Part shown: in pieces, positions 1 to 9,109 of the stretch
How the letters are laid out: every line of letters starts with the position of its first letter
How positions within the stretch are numbered: the stretch's first letter is position 1
Made by a program: the position numbers and the translations under genes
IMG/VR virus record: IMGVR_UViG_3300037991_003250
Source: an uncultured virus (IMG/VR IMGVR_UViG_3300037991_003250)
Lineage: Duplodnaviria; Heunggongvirae; Uroviricota; Caudoviricetes
Length of the DNA stretch: 20,000 nucleotides
Direction: 5' to 3' (one strand)
Notes under the pieces: model-generated
Seen by the model: the letters and a program-made list of their open reading frames with translations, nothing else
Told to the model about the DNA's origin: nothing
Database searches by the model: none

Positions 1-119
1 GCGGTTAGATCTAACTTATTGTTAGTGCTATCGTTAGTCAAAAGATAGCCCGGACCACTAACTGTGGTCGCATCCTTTAGTGTTGCATTTCGTGGGTCTG
101 CGCCTTCTCCGTAAGCCAT
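1..119 (-). CDS. Partial (5' end) head-module protein, possibly capsid decoration/cement protein: MAYGEGADPRNATLKDATTVSGPGYLLTNDSTNNKLDLT...
   Basis: ATG at 119 just after the protease stop, preceded by SD-like AAGGAGATGA; frame open to the window edge. Function inferred from position after the protease/scaffold gene. Confidence 0.55.
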   Translation of the reverse strand, partial: MAYGEGADPRNATLKDATTVSGPGYLLTNDSTNNKLDLT

Positions 120-120
120 C

Positions 121-1986
121 TTAAATCATCTCCTTTATTTCTGAGTATTTTCCTGCTCGCATATCATCTTTTTCGTTGCGAGCGAGAGTGTTATTCCATG
201 CAGAAGCCCATGCGTTCCATGCCTTCTCATATAGGTCTTCATCAGTTTCAACCATTTTTCCGTTTAGGTAGTTTGCTACTACCGACTTAGGGGCTGGTGC
301 TGATGCTTCCACTACTGTTTCAGAAGCAACGGCTTCCTCAACAGGTTTCATCTCAACAGGTTCGGGGGTAGGGTGTGCCTCAGCCCACGAAGCGATCAAG
401 CCTCTTAGCGTTTCAGTTGAAAGGTCTTCGTGGCCCTTCATACCCATTTCGCTGGCCTCAGTTACGAGAACTTGTCGCTCATCTTCCGCTCTTGCTTCGT
501 CTGCCGCTTCAAATTCAGCAACACGACTGTTAGCGAGAACTACTTGAGCCTTCAAGTCTTCGATTTGAGAAGCGAGGGCTTCCATTTCGTTTGTATCATC
601 AATAATCTCATCAGTCATAATCTTCACCGATTGTTGTTTTCCCTCAGAAGCCGAGTGATATTTAATGGTTGTCTGTGCTTCAACCCTTTTTACGCTTTCT
701 ATGTTGGCTTCATTGTATGCCGGTTTATGCACGATAGCCAAATGGTCGAAGGTAAAATCTTCCCCAAAGACTAAACCATCATCGTCTGCCTTTACCGGCA
801 CACCCGATCCGCCAATACTTACGCCATACCCTGCTCTTAACCAAAGGCCGGATTCTAATGCTTCAAATAATTCTGTTCTCACAACATGAGCGGCATATTT
901 AACAATGTAACCTTCTTCTCTTTCTTCAAAGGTTGCTTCTGTAATATATCCTACAACGGCTTCATCTATGTCGCCTTTCATGTTGCGCGTGAAGCCGCCG
1001 CCAGCCGTAGCCTTCGGGTGATTTAGTGTTAAATCGGAATCAACCATTTGCTCGGCAACAAATCGTGCGCCTTCTTTTGTTAAGGACCATTTGTTTTTAT
1101 TCATGCCTTCATGGAATGCTATTCCTCTAATTTCGATAACGGTTTTTCCTGTGGTGGCCTCAAGTATTGCTTCGGCCTCTCCGATTTCTAATTCAAGAGT
1201 TACTGCGACTTTTCGGCATTCGCCGTCAATCAATTCTTCACCGATACCGCAGGTTTGAGAAGCATACTCATCTTTCTTTTTGTAGCCCTCAACCTTAAAT
1301 TCATGTCCTTCATGTGCGGCCATACATTCGTCTTTTGAATATCCCATAGCCATACATCGGCTCATGTATTCTTCATGTGATTCATCATCTTTTGGAGTTG
1401 GTTCTGCCGCTTCTTTGCTTTCCATTTTACAAGTCTTATGGTCTGCACAGTAGGCTTGAGATGTGCAAGAAGCGCATACATCATATCCTGCTTCCGCTTT
1501 TTGCTTGATAGGAATACAGTTAGGCACACGGCGACCATTCTTTGTTTTCATGCCGTATTGCTCGTAGCCTTCTGTGCATGGGTCATCAGCGTCTTTGGCT
1601 TCAACAGATTCGTCTTCATTACAACCGCAACCACAAGGGCTACCGTCTTCGGCTTCAACCTTTTTACCGCCTCGCCATTGTCTGCAAGACCAATAACGGG
1701 CCTTCCATTTTGGGCCGGGAGAATCACAGTTATGTCGTGAGCGAAAAGATTTTCTTCTTGCGGGGTCATCTCTTTTAATTTCCATGTTAGGGTCGCCAAA
1801 CCTTACAAGAACGACATTACCTTTTTCATTTTTAGTATAAACGCCGAATTTTTTGTTTGCGCCTTTTGTCCTAAATGGTTTGTTTAGAGTTACTGAGCGG
1901 CCTTGATATTCCGCCGCTTCAACATCTATTTCTTCCCAATCCTCATAAGCGACTACTTCTCCGCCGCAACCACAACCGCAAGACAT
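121..1986 (-). CDS. Prohead (maturation) protease fused to a C-terminal scaffold-like region and N-terminal accessory modules
   Basis: Central HK97-type protease motifs (GIAFHEGMNKNKW, LNHP, GVSIG, FDHLAIVHKPAY), acidic coiled-coil C-terminus, location downstream of portal, TATA-like TTTAATAA about 32 nt upstream. Confidence 0.8.
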   Translation of the reverse strand: MSCGCGCGGEVVAYEDWEEIDVEAAEYQGRSVTLNKPFRTKGANKKFGVYTKNEKGNVVLVRFGDPNMEIKRDDPARRKSFRSRHNCDSPGPKWKARYWSCRQWRGGKKVEAEDGSPCGCGCNEDESVEAKDADDPCTEGYEQYGMKTKNGRRVPNCIPIKQKAEAGYDVCASCTSQAYCADHKTCKMESKEAAEPTPKDDESHEEYMSRCMAMGYSKDECMAAHEGHEFKVEGYKKKDEYASQTCGIGEELIDGECRKVAVTLELEIGEAEAILEATTGKTVIEIRGIAFHEGMNKNKWSLTKEGARFVAEQMVDSDLTLNHPKATAGGGFTRNMKGDIDEAVVGYITEATFEEREEGYIVKYAAHVVRTELFEALESGLWLRAGYGVSIGGSGVPVKADDDGLVFGEDFTFDHLAIVHKPAYNEANIESVKRVEAQTTIKYHSASEGKQQSVKIMTDEIIDDTNEMEALASQIEDLKAQVVLANSRVAEFEAADEARAEDERQVLVTEASEMGMKGHEDLSTETLRGLIASWAEAHPTPEPVEMKPVEEAVASETVVEASAPAPKSVVANYLNGKMVETDEDLYEKAWNAWASAWNNTLARNEKDDMRAGKYSEIKEMI

Positions 1987-2013
1987 TGGCCTTCGGTCGC
2001 AAATAGTGATTTA

Positions 2014-2100
2014 TTAAACTCCCGTTTCCATTTGTTTTTCAAAATCGCTAAGATTATCCCACCACGCCCAAAATTCGGCATCCAATTCTTCGTCAGACAA
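2014..2100 (-). CDS. Small acidic Trp-rich peptide, 28 aa (MSDEELDAEFWAWWDNLSDFEKQMETGV)
   Basis: TTG start 4 nt after GGTGA SD; fills the gap in the operon; not in ORF track. Confidence 0.5.
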   Translation of the reverse strand: MSDEELDAEFWAWWDNLSDFEKQMETGV

Positions 2101-2104
2101 TTAC

Positions 2105-2188
2105 TCACCATCCTTTTGAGGATAGCCACCGTTCCAAAGCGTATGAGATGAATCCAGCGATAATAAGAAATAAGATGTGTTCATACAT
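2105..2188 (-). CDS. Small single-TM peptide, 27 aa (MYEHILFLIIAGFISYALERWLSSKGW)
   Basis: TGATG overlap with the upstream stop; hydrophobic stretch; not in ORF track. Confidence 0.55.
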   Translation of the reverse strand: MYEHILFLIIAGFISYALERWLSSKGW

Positions 2189-2598
2189 CACTTACCGCCT
2201 TTCTTGCCGTTAGTAATTTGGAATGCCTCCATGTCGAGGGTGTGTTGCTTTTGCATTTTCTCCATTTCTAAGTCGTGCTTTAGTTTGTGTTCCTCAAGCA
2301 TTCTTGTGTGGTTCTTTTCTGCATCCGTAGCGGCTACATCAGAAGACAATTGGTCCGGCAAAACATTTATTTTTGCGGTTTCTTTACCCTTAAACAAATC
2401 AAGGACTGATGTAATGATAAGAAGTGCAGGACCGCCGAGAAGACCGATAACTGTTAATTGACTGTCGGATATTTCTCTTTGCTCAACGATACTAAAATAA
2501 GATGCAGTAGCCGCAATAACTACCCAAGCCATAACGACTCCCATACCGAAAGTTAGCATCAAAGCCTCGTTAGGGTTACCCATTTTTGTTCGACTCAT
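2188..2598 (-). CDS. Two-TM membrane protein with C-terminal coiled coil (holin-like topology), 136 aa
   Basis: Start revised to ATG 2598 (MSRTKMGNP) because AACC-TTGATAAA lies 30 nt upstream and the portal overlap disappears; two hydrophobic segments and a charged tail. Confidence 0.65.
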   Translation of the reverse strand: MSRTKMGNPNEALMLTFGMGVVMAWVVIAATASYFSIVEQREISDSQLTVIGLLGGPALLIITSVLDLFKGKETAKINVLPDQLSSDVAATDAEKNHTRMLEEHKLKHDLEMEKMQKQHTLDMEAFQITNGKKGGK

Positions 2599-2689
2599 GC
2601 GCTTCCAAGCCTTGAGTTGATTTATCAAGGTTTCAATTATCATTACCAAAATAACACCGTAAACAAAAGGAATTAAAGGTAATAATACA

Positions 2690-4084
2690 TCATTCGATAA
2701 CATCAGAAGGTCCTTGTTGTGAATTTTCTCTCGGTAATTCACCTGTGCCTACTGATGATTCTTTTCTTTCATCTCCACTTCGCCCTGCGCTCGGTAGGTT
2801 AAGAATTTCTAAGGATTGATTTAGTGTGAGAATGCCGGACTGATACCCCAACGATACTCTTTGCATTGTGTTTAGTGGTGTTTCGGTGTCCATAGCGTCA
2901 AAGATAATTGTTGGTAGGTCTTGCTTGCGGTGTTCAATTCCTAACAATTCAAGATGTAGCGAGAATAGCCCCATAACTGCATCTGAAAGTATGCGGTGCA
3001 TACGGGATATAGCACCAACCGCCCATAGGTTCGCGTTGTATGTTGCGGCAAAGGTTGAACCGCGCTCTTGACCTGCGGCTACTCTCGGCACTTGAAGAAC
3101 GGCGGCAATATCGCCATTTACTGCATCGAGGAAATCATTACTGTTTGGTATGGTGTTTTCCAAATTAACATGGTGTAATTCAACATAATGCGGTAGGACA
3201 GGGATTTGGTCGCCACGCAGACCCTCAAACAATGAGATAACTTCATCCATAATATGAACGAGCCTTTCCTGTTGCTCGGCTGGGTCTTGAATATGCTCGA
3301 TAGCAGATCTGTCTATTGTTACATACTGCTTAGTCATAGCGTCTTCAAGAGATAGCCTGTTATTCATTGTGTTATACTTCATGCGTATTGCTTGCTTTAG
3401 AGAAGTAAATCGGGATGCACCCCATATACCATAGGTTTTTCGACCTTTGTTATCAACAAACCAATTACTGCGATAATCAATTCGTATGTGCATGATTTCG
3501 TTTGCCGGAAATTCGGCTTCGGTCATTTTTGTTTCGCGTAGCATATATGTTACCGGCCTTGTTATCGGCGTGTCTTCATCGGCTACGAAGTAAGAGCCAA
3601 GCCCGCCGCGCTCATCAACAATTGTGATTTGCTTTACGGGTAGGCTTTGTAGGTTTGTGATACCGACTCCGGCTCGCCCTACAATTTTATTTATGTCGTT
3701 CCCATACACCATAAGGCCACGCATAGCGTTGATTAGGAAATCGTCAAAGTCTAAGTCGCCTTCTTCGACTAATTCTCTAATCGCATTTCGGATGCGAGCG
3801 TTTTTGCCGCGTGAATAATTGATTTCGTAATTGTTTGCAGTTAGCGATACTGCACGAACCGCACCGTTCAATTCGGGGTCTAACTTCAACATCGAATCAT
3901 ACAAGTCAAATTCGTTATCAAAATTGCTATCGGTTCTTATCTTCTCAGTATCACGGACAATATCGGGTATTCCTGCCGCTACTGAAAACGACTTGTTAGT
4001 GGGTAATCTCTTTGTTTGCGCTACTACCGGCTCTTTTTTCTGAAAGGTTCGGAAGAAGGGAAAACGCCTTCGCTCATCAGCCAT
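2690..4084 (-). CDS. Portal protein
   Basis: 464 aa; portal-like motifs (LYDSMLKLDPELNGAV, GLMVYGND, EIMHIR, YGIWGASRF, IAAVLQVP, GILTLNQ); sits between terminase and protease genes. Confidence 0.85.
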   Translation of the reverse strand: MADERRRFPFFRTFQKKEPVVAQTKRLPTNKSFSVAAGIPDIVRDTEKIRTDSNFDNEFDLYDSMLKLDPELNGAVRAVSLTANNYEINYSRGKNARIRNAIRELVEEGDLDFDDFLINAMRGLMVYGNDINKIVGRAGVGITNLQSLPVKQITIVDERGGLGSYFVADEDTPITRPVTYMLRETKMTEAEFPANEIMHIRIDYRSNWFVDNKGRKTYGIWGASRFTSLKQAIRMKYNTMNNRLSLEDAMTKQYVTIDRSAIEHIQDPAEQQERLVHIMDEVISLFEGLRGDQIPVLPHYVELHHVNLENTIPNSNDFLDAVNGDIAAVLQVPRVAAGQERGSTFAATYNANLWAVGAISRMHRILSDAVMGLFSLHLELLGIEHRKQDLPTIIFDAMDTETPLNTMQRVSLGYQSGILTLNQSLEILNLPSAGRSGDERKESSVGTGELPRENSQQGPSDVIE

Positions 4085-4375
4085 ATTTACAAGGTATGTT
4101 AGTTATCCTATAAAGGTTGGTTTTTATTTTTTTAATGATTTTGCGTTTTTTAGAAAGAATAAAACGCTTTACTGCGGATTTATTGTTTATTTATTTTATT
4201 TCTTCAAAGATATGTAAGGGAAATAGAGGGGGAACAAAAATACCTTTGAAGAAAAAAAAGAATAATGGTAATCGTTATACTGCGACTCGTTTATTTTTTC
4301 TGAGGCCGGAAAAAACATTGGAAATAATATGTGTTTATACTAACCTTTAATAAATACCCGAACATCGTTAGGTTC
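4085..4375. promoter_or_regulatory. AT-rich divergent promoter region for the portal and phosphoesterase/terminase operons
   Basis: AACC-TTTATAGG starts its TATA 30 nt before the portal ATG (minus strand); AACC-TTTAATAA starts 30 nt before ATG 4376 (plus strand). Confidence 0.7.
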
Positions 4376-5785
4376 ATGGGGAAACGCTATCACGGTGGAG
4401 AAGACCTTATCGCCCAACACATAAACAAAGGTTTTCCAAATGATAAAGAATTTGCAGTATTTTTGAACGAATTAGAACCAAGACGATCAATTGACTCATG
4501 GCGTATTAAAGTCGGCAGGTATCGCAAGGCTAATCCCTACGAACAACCAAAACAGGAAGTAATACACACATACTATGACGAAGGTAAAGACCAATACTTG
4601 ACCTTCTTATCTCATATTGATAACATATTAGTCATTAGTGGTAAAGACCATAGGAATATGCGCCGCTCTTATTCTAATGAAGGCGGCGGTTTAACTATTG
4701 ACGAAATGTGCGCTGAGTATGAAATGGATAGCATTACAATGTCTGCGTATATACGCGCATACAATTGGAAGCATACCATGAATCCTTTAACCGATGAAGA
4801 AATCACTTTGAAGGACACATCAAGTCTTGTGCAGGATTACCTTTCAATTAAGCGACAAGAAGTGGTCCTAAAGGCACAGAAGCAATTGAAAAAGGACTTA
4901 GAGGCTGATGCAACGGCATGGAGAGAGTTTAAGCATACTATTTATGATGATTTCCAGACCCTTGTGCCGAAGATTAAATCAACGGCTAAGAAGCCTAAGA
5001 CTAAGGCGGCACACGAATACGCTCTCGTCTTATCCCCAACAGATCTTCACTTTGGAAAATACGGCTGGAAGGATGAAGTCGGAGAAGAATACGATATGGA
5101 TATTGCTAAAGAGCGACTTATCGCAAGCACCGAAGCACTACTAACTCGACTACCACACCTGCCGGAAAAGATAATCCTAACTGCTGGTAGCGATTGGTTC
5201 CATGTTGATAACGACAACGGCACTACTACCAAAGGCACACCGCAAGATACCGATGCGACACCTGCTGAAATCTTGATGAAGGGTTGCTCTTTGGCTCGCC
5301 AGCATATTGATATGTTAAGAAAGGTAGCACCCGTTGATGTAGTCCTCATGGCCGGTAATCACGACAGGCATACTTCTCTTATGCTTATGATGTATCTTGA
5401 AGCGGCATACGAACAATGCGAAGATGTATCAGTAGTAATTAGTCCTCAATCACGACAATATGTGCAGTATGGCGACAACCTGCTCGGATTTACTCATGGT
5501 GATAAGATTCGGCTTAACACACTACCTGCTATTATGTCTAACGAAAAAAGAGAGGCATGGGGTGAATGCCGTAATCATGTATGGTTTCACGGTCATTTGC
5601 ATCATCTCAAGATTGCCGATACAAACGGTGCTACCGTAATTCAATTGCCGAGTCTTAGCGGCCACGACAGATACCACGCTCGTTCCGGCTATGTTATGGA
5701 ACGTAAAGGTCTGTGCGGCCACATGATAGACAAGACTCTCGGTGTAGTGGGTAACTTCTTCATACCGGTGGTTAAAGATGAGTGA
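4376..5785 (+). CDS. Calcineurin-like metallophosphoesterase with N-terminal extension
   Basis: Motifs DLHFG, GSDWFH, GNHD, THGD, GHLHH. Start revised from 4331 to ATG 4376 by TATA spacing. Confidence 0.85.
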   Translation: MGKRYHGGEDLIAQHINKGFPNDKEFAVFLNELEPRRSIDSWRIKVGRYRKANPYEQPKQEVIHTYYDEGKDQYLTFLSHIDNILVISGKDHRNMRRSYSNEGGGLTIDEMCAEYEMDSITMSAYIRAYNWKHTMNPLTDEEITLKDTSSLVQDYLSIKRQEVVLKAQKQLKKDLEADATAWREFKHTIYDDFQTLVPKIKSTAKKPKTKAAHEYALVLSPTDLHFGKYGWKDEVGEEYDMDIAKERLIASTEALLTRLPHLPEKIILTAGSDWFHVDNDNGTTTKGTPQDTDATPAEILMKGCSLARQHIDMLRKVAPVDVVLMAGNHDRHTSLMLMMYLEAAYEQCEDVSVVISPQSRQYVQYGDNLLGFTHGDKIRLNTLPAIMSNEKREAWGECRNHVWFHGHLHHLKIADTNGATVIQLPSLSGHDRYHARSGYVMERKGLCGHMIDKTLGVVGNFFIPVVKDE

Positions 5786-7274
5786 TACTAACTTTTCTAT
5801 GGAGAGAAGCAGGAAGGACATTTCCTATTTCTATAAATGGCTCGGCTACACATGGGGTAAGCACATCGGAGAATGGATGGAGTTATATTCCGATAGAAAA
5901 GGTGCATCCGTTCATCGTGTCTGTATTATCGCACCGAGAGATCATTCCAAATCAACAACCCTTCGTGTTAAATTATTGCACCAATGCCTCTTTGAAAAGA
6001 AGGGTGATGGTTCGCCTTTTACCTGCTGGCTTATCTCAGCGAGTAAAGATACTGCCGCCCAAAGACTTGAGGAAATACGAGGCGACCTAAAAAAACACCC
6101 ACAGTTAAGAAAATACATTAGCCCCTCTAAAGGCAACAAATTAGAATTGCATTTTACTAACGGCGCATGGATTCGTGCTACATCTGTTGGTTCTGCGATT
6201 CGTGGGGCGCACCCTGCCTGTGTAGCATTTGACGATGTGTTGGTTGATTCAGACGATACCAGCCCTAAAGCCCTGCAATCATGGTATAAGAAAGCAATTA
6301 TTCCTATGTTAAGCCCCGATTCGTGGTTTTACTGTGTGGGAACCCCAATGAGTATGGTTGATTTATACCACACGGAAATGTTAGAAAACCCCGTTTGGAA
6401 ATCAGCCGTGTATTCCGCTATTACTAACTATGATGAATGGCGAGCAAGTGATGGCGAGATAGAACCCGAAGTGCTTTGGGAAGAATATCGAAGCGCGGCT
6501 TATCTTCTTGAGCAACGAGAAGGTATGGGTGAATTGGCTTTTGTGCAGGAGTATTTGTGCAGGGTTATTGATGACGAAGCCGCAGTATATCCGAGAGAGT
6601 TAGTAAGAAAACATCTCGACATGGAAGGAATATTCCAAACAGAAAAAGATGATAACTGCAAGTATAGTATTGGGTTTGACCCCGCACACGGTTTAGGAAA
6701 GGACTTTTCAGTTATGGTTGTCCTCAAGCAAGACCAAGAGGGCTTTATCCACTTTGTAAATATGTGGCGGCGTAATGATTTCCCACCGGACAGACAAGCA
6801 GACATGATTATCGAATGGAATAAGAGATATGGTTATCCTGCCTTCGCATCCGAAGATGTGGGATTCCAGCAATTATACAAGAGTCTTATTGAGCAAAAGA
6901 ATGCAAATGTGGATTATCGCGGTAGCAAAGTTAGCAACCGCACACTAAAACAAGGTTTGCTTAACAGACTTCGTGTTTGGTTTGAGCGGGAGTTAATTAT
7001 ATTCCCATACGGCGACCACAACACACGAATGCAAGTGAATACTCTCTTTGACGAATTGGAAACACACGCATGGAAAAACGGCCTCATTGAAGACTTAGGA
7101 AAACACAACGACTGTGTTATGGCCTTTGCACACGCAATAGACCAATTCCAAGCAAAGGAATTTGAAATGCCCGTTATTATGAAGAAGGCGGAAGCCGGAG
7201 AATGGTTGGGCGGCTCTAAAACAAGACTAAATCGTGGGGCTAAAGGTATAGGCGGGAAGGTGATTAACAGATGA
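5778..7274 (+). CDS. terL: Terminase large subunit
   Basis: Walker A variant APRDHSKST, IRGAHP, Walker B CVAFDD, coupling motif VGTP, FVQEY, nuclease motifs GFDPA and HNDCVMAFAHA. Confidence 0.92.
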   Translation: MSDTNFSMERSRKDISYFYKWLGYTWGKHIGEWMELYSDRKGASVHRVCIIAPRDHSKSTTLRVKLLHQCLFEKKGDGSPFTCWLISASKDTAAQRLEEIRGDLKKHPQLRKYISPSKGNKLELHFTNGAWIRATSVGSAIRGAHPACVAFDDVLVDSDDTSPKALQSWYKKAIIPMLSPDSWFYCVGTPMSMVDLYHTEMLENPVWKSAVYSAITNYDEWRASDGEIEPEVLWEEYRSAAYLLEQREGMGELAFVQEYLCRVIDDEAAVYPRELVRKHLDMEGIFQTEKDDNCKYSIGFDPAHGLGKDFSVMVVLKQDQEGFIHFVNMWRRNDFPPDRQADMIIEWNKRYGYPAFASEDVGFQQLYKSLIEQKNANVDYRGSKVSNRTLKQGLLNRLRVWFERELIIFPYGDHNTRMQVNTLFDELETHAWKNGLIEDLGKHNDCVMAFAHAIDQFQAKEFEMPVIMKKAEAGEWLGGSKTRLNRGAKGIGGKVINR

Positions 7275-7558
7275 GAACGAAATTCGGACCAAAGAAAAGA
7301 AAGGAATTAGCCAACGATGCAATCGTAAAATTGTTTAACGAGGGCTACTTTGACGAATGGCGATTGGCGCGTGAAATCTCCGAACAAATCACAAAAAATA
7401 TCCCCTCTCGATGGGGTAACTTTAGACCGGAAGCCGTTAGATTCGCTATGCTCAAAACAAAATTACCATTCGTAACACGCAATAAGCACCAAAGACTTGA
7501 ATGGCGAGCCGATGAGGGGAATGAGGGGATCGGCTCAAATACAGATGAGCAAAAGTGA
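7271..7558 (+). CDS. Small basic protein, possible winged-helix DNA-binding protein
   Basis: ATGA overlap with terL, GGTGA SD, K/R-rich 95 aa. Fold is a guess. Confidence 0.6.
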   Translation: MRTKFGPKKRKELANDAIVKLFNEGYFDEWRLAREISEQITKNIPSRWGNFRPEAVRFAMLKTKLPFVTRNKHQRLEWRADEGNEGIGSNTDEQK

Positions 7559-7829
7559 TTTAAAAAAATTTGTAAAAAATTTCGCGTGAGGGTAGCCATA
7601 CCACAACGCCGGACTGCGGCTGATCTTTGGCGGCAAATTGCAGACCATAGCGGCGAGGGCGTATGGTTAGGCATGAGATGCAGGGGTGACCCCCCTTGAG
7701 TCCATCCAGCGAGGCCCACAGGGTGATTTTAGGGGTATTCCCCGATTATCTCCGCCGAGCAAATGATCATTGAATTTTCAAATCTCAATCGAGCCTTTCG
7801 GCCAAATCAAGAATTTGATTTTGAAAGGT
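7559..7829. other. Non-coding segment between convergent operons; candidate genome terminus/packaging site
   Basis: AAAAAATTT tracts, then a GC-rich block with GGGGTGACCCC and GGGGTATTCCCC palindromes; adjacent to the terminase operon; marks the structural/early boundary. Confidence 0.4.
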
Positions 7830-7862
7830 GGGCTGGTGGCGGTTATCCGCCGCCACCAACCC
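7830..7862 (-). terminator. GC hairpin terminator downstream of the 7876 ORF
   Basis: GGGCTGGTGGCGG pairs with CCGCCACCAACCC, 13 nt beyond the stop. Confidence 0.55.
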
Positions 7863-7875
7863 GATTTTATTTCGT

Positions 7876-9012
7876 TCAGACTTTGAACATAGACCAGCGA
7901 CCGAGAACCGAAGTCGTCAATCGTGCCGTTTCGTAATTCTTGTTTGACTTATCCTTGAGGGTTGGGCTTAGTCCAATCCTCAAAGCATGAACCAAAGGTG
8001 CGACCCTTTGAACGTCAGCGATAGTCGCATCAACCACGCCTCTTTCAAAGCCAGCCTCAAACACCCAAAACAGGAAGGTGAACGGTTCTCCGTTTGGGGT
8101 GGTTGCGTTGCCGATATATCGAACCATTTTACCAGCAATTGACTTCACGGTTCGCGCACCGCTTGTCGGTGCGATATCAATATCTAATTCCGGCACTACT
8201 AACCCGTTGGTTCTCTCGTATGCGAGAACGACTCTCGCGCCGGTCTTCTTCTGAACCTGCACCTTGATGGGTTGGCGGTATTCTCCACCAATCAAGGCAT
8301 AGGTCTTGAGGGTCGAGAACATATTGCCGCCGACTTCTCTTGATGACTCGACAACATCGCCGCCACAGGTCGGGCAACCCATGAACGGAGATGAGCCGAG
8401 CGGTAGCCATGATTCGGTTCCGCTCGGAGTATAGCAGCCGACACCATCGGCCACCTTTTCGCATACATATCTCGCACCCTGCTTAACCTGCTTAACCAAT
8501 GAACGAGTTAATTTCTGTTCTTTGGTGTAGCCGTTGATGGCGTAAAGGTTGTTTTCTATCGCGTTCCCCCTGCTCAATTCAAACAGGACAGGCATTGACT
8601 CAAGAGGGCCAATGTTGCCTTTACCGGCCCACTTTACTAATTCCTTGATGCCGTCTGATTTAGCATTGTTTAGAACGACCTTGACCTTTCGGCCAATGGT
8701 TGAATGAAGAAGCCCCATTTGGCCCATTTCCACCACGTCAGCGAATGAAAACGGGGTCGGCCATACCGGAACATTTGCTTGAGGGCTAACTGCCTCAATT
8801 ATTGCATCAATGTGGCTCGTCTTCTTTGCCTTGTTCTTTGGTGCGGCTTCGACCCTCTCCGAGAGAGCCTTAACCTTCTTCATCGGAAGAAGGCTAAGAG
8901 CCGCAACGATAAGGGATTTTAGCCACCCTATCGTTTTGACCTCAGCCGCCGCATTAACGGCGGTTGAGGCGTTCGTTTGTTGTGCCTCGTAGGTAATCGC
9001 ATCGGATTCCAT
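7876..9012 (-). CDS. Hypothetical protein, 378 aa, with a CPTC Zn-ribbon-like motif
   Basis: Long ORF. Start revised from TTG 9096 to ATG 9012 because ATATATAC begins exactly 30 nt upstream. Confidence 0.75.
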   Translation of the reverse strand: MESDAITYEAQQTNASTAVNAAAEVKTIGWLKSLIVAALSLLPMKKVKALSERVEAAPKNKAKKTSHIDAIIEAVSPQANVPVWPTPFSFADVVEMGQMGLLHSTIGRKVKVVLNNAKSDGIKELVKWAGKGNIGPLESMPVLFELSRGNAIENNLYAINGYTKEQKLTRSLVKQVKQGARYVCEKVADGVGCYTPSGTESWLPLGSSPFMGCPTCGGDVVESSREVGGNMFSTLKTYALIGGEYRQPIKVQVQKKTGARVVLAYERTNGLVVPELDIDIAPTSGARTVKSIAGKMVRYIGNATTPNGEPFTFLFWVFEAGFERGVVDATIADVQRVAPLVHALRIGLSPTLKDKSNKNYETARLTTSVLGRWSMFKV

Positions 9013-9109
9013 GAGCCGAGCGACTTCATGCGTAGTATATATGGCGTTCGTTTTTCGTAACTCCTTTGGTTTGATTTCTTGAGGGTATGAATCCAACGAA
9101 ATTTTAGCC

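Noticed and set aside
4198..4254. Inverted repeat TTTCTTCAAAG/CTTTGAAGAAA as origin or terminator
   Set aside because: A single 11-bp AT-rich pair with a long loop; chance occurrence is plausible.
430..7108. Shadow ORFs (430, 665, 1438, 1542, 1548, 1903, 2177, 2868, 3624, 3831, 4117, 4908, 5047, 5522, 5782, 5942, 6500, 6914)
   Set aside because: Antisense or alternate-frame to well-supported genes, or translation of AT-rich intergenic DNA (4117); no recognisable motifs.
7585..7760. tRNA gene
   Set aside because: GC-rich with stems, but no cloverleaf, TTCGA T-loop or CCA end found on either strand.
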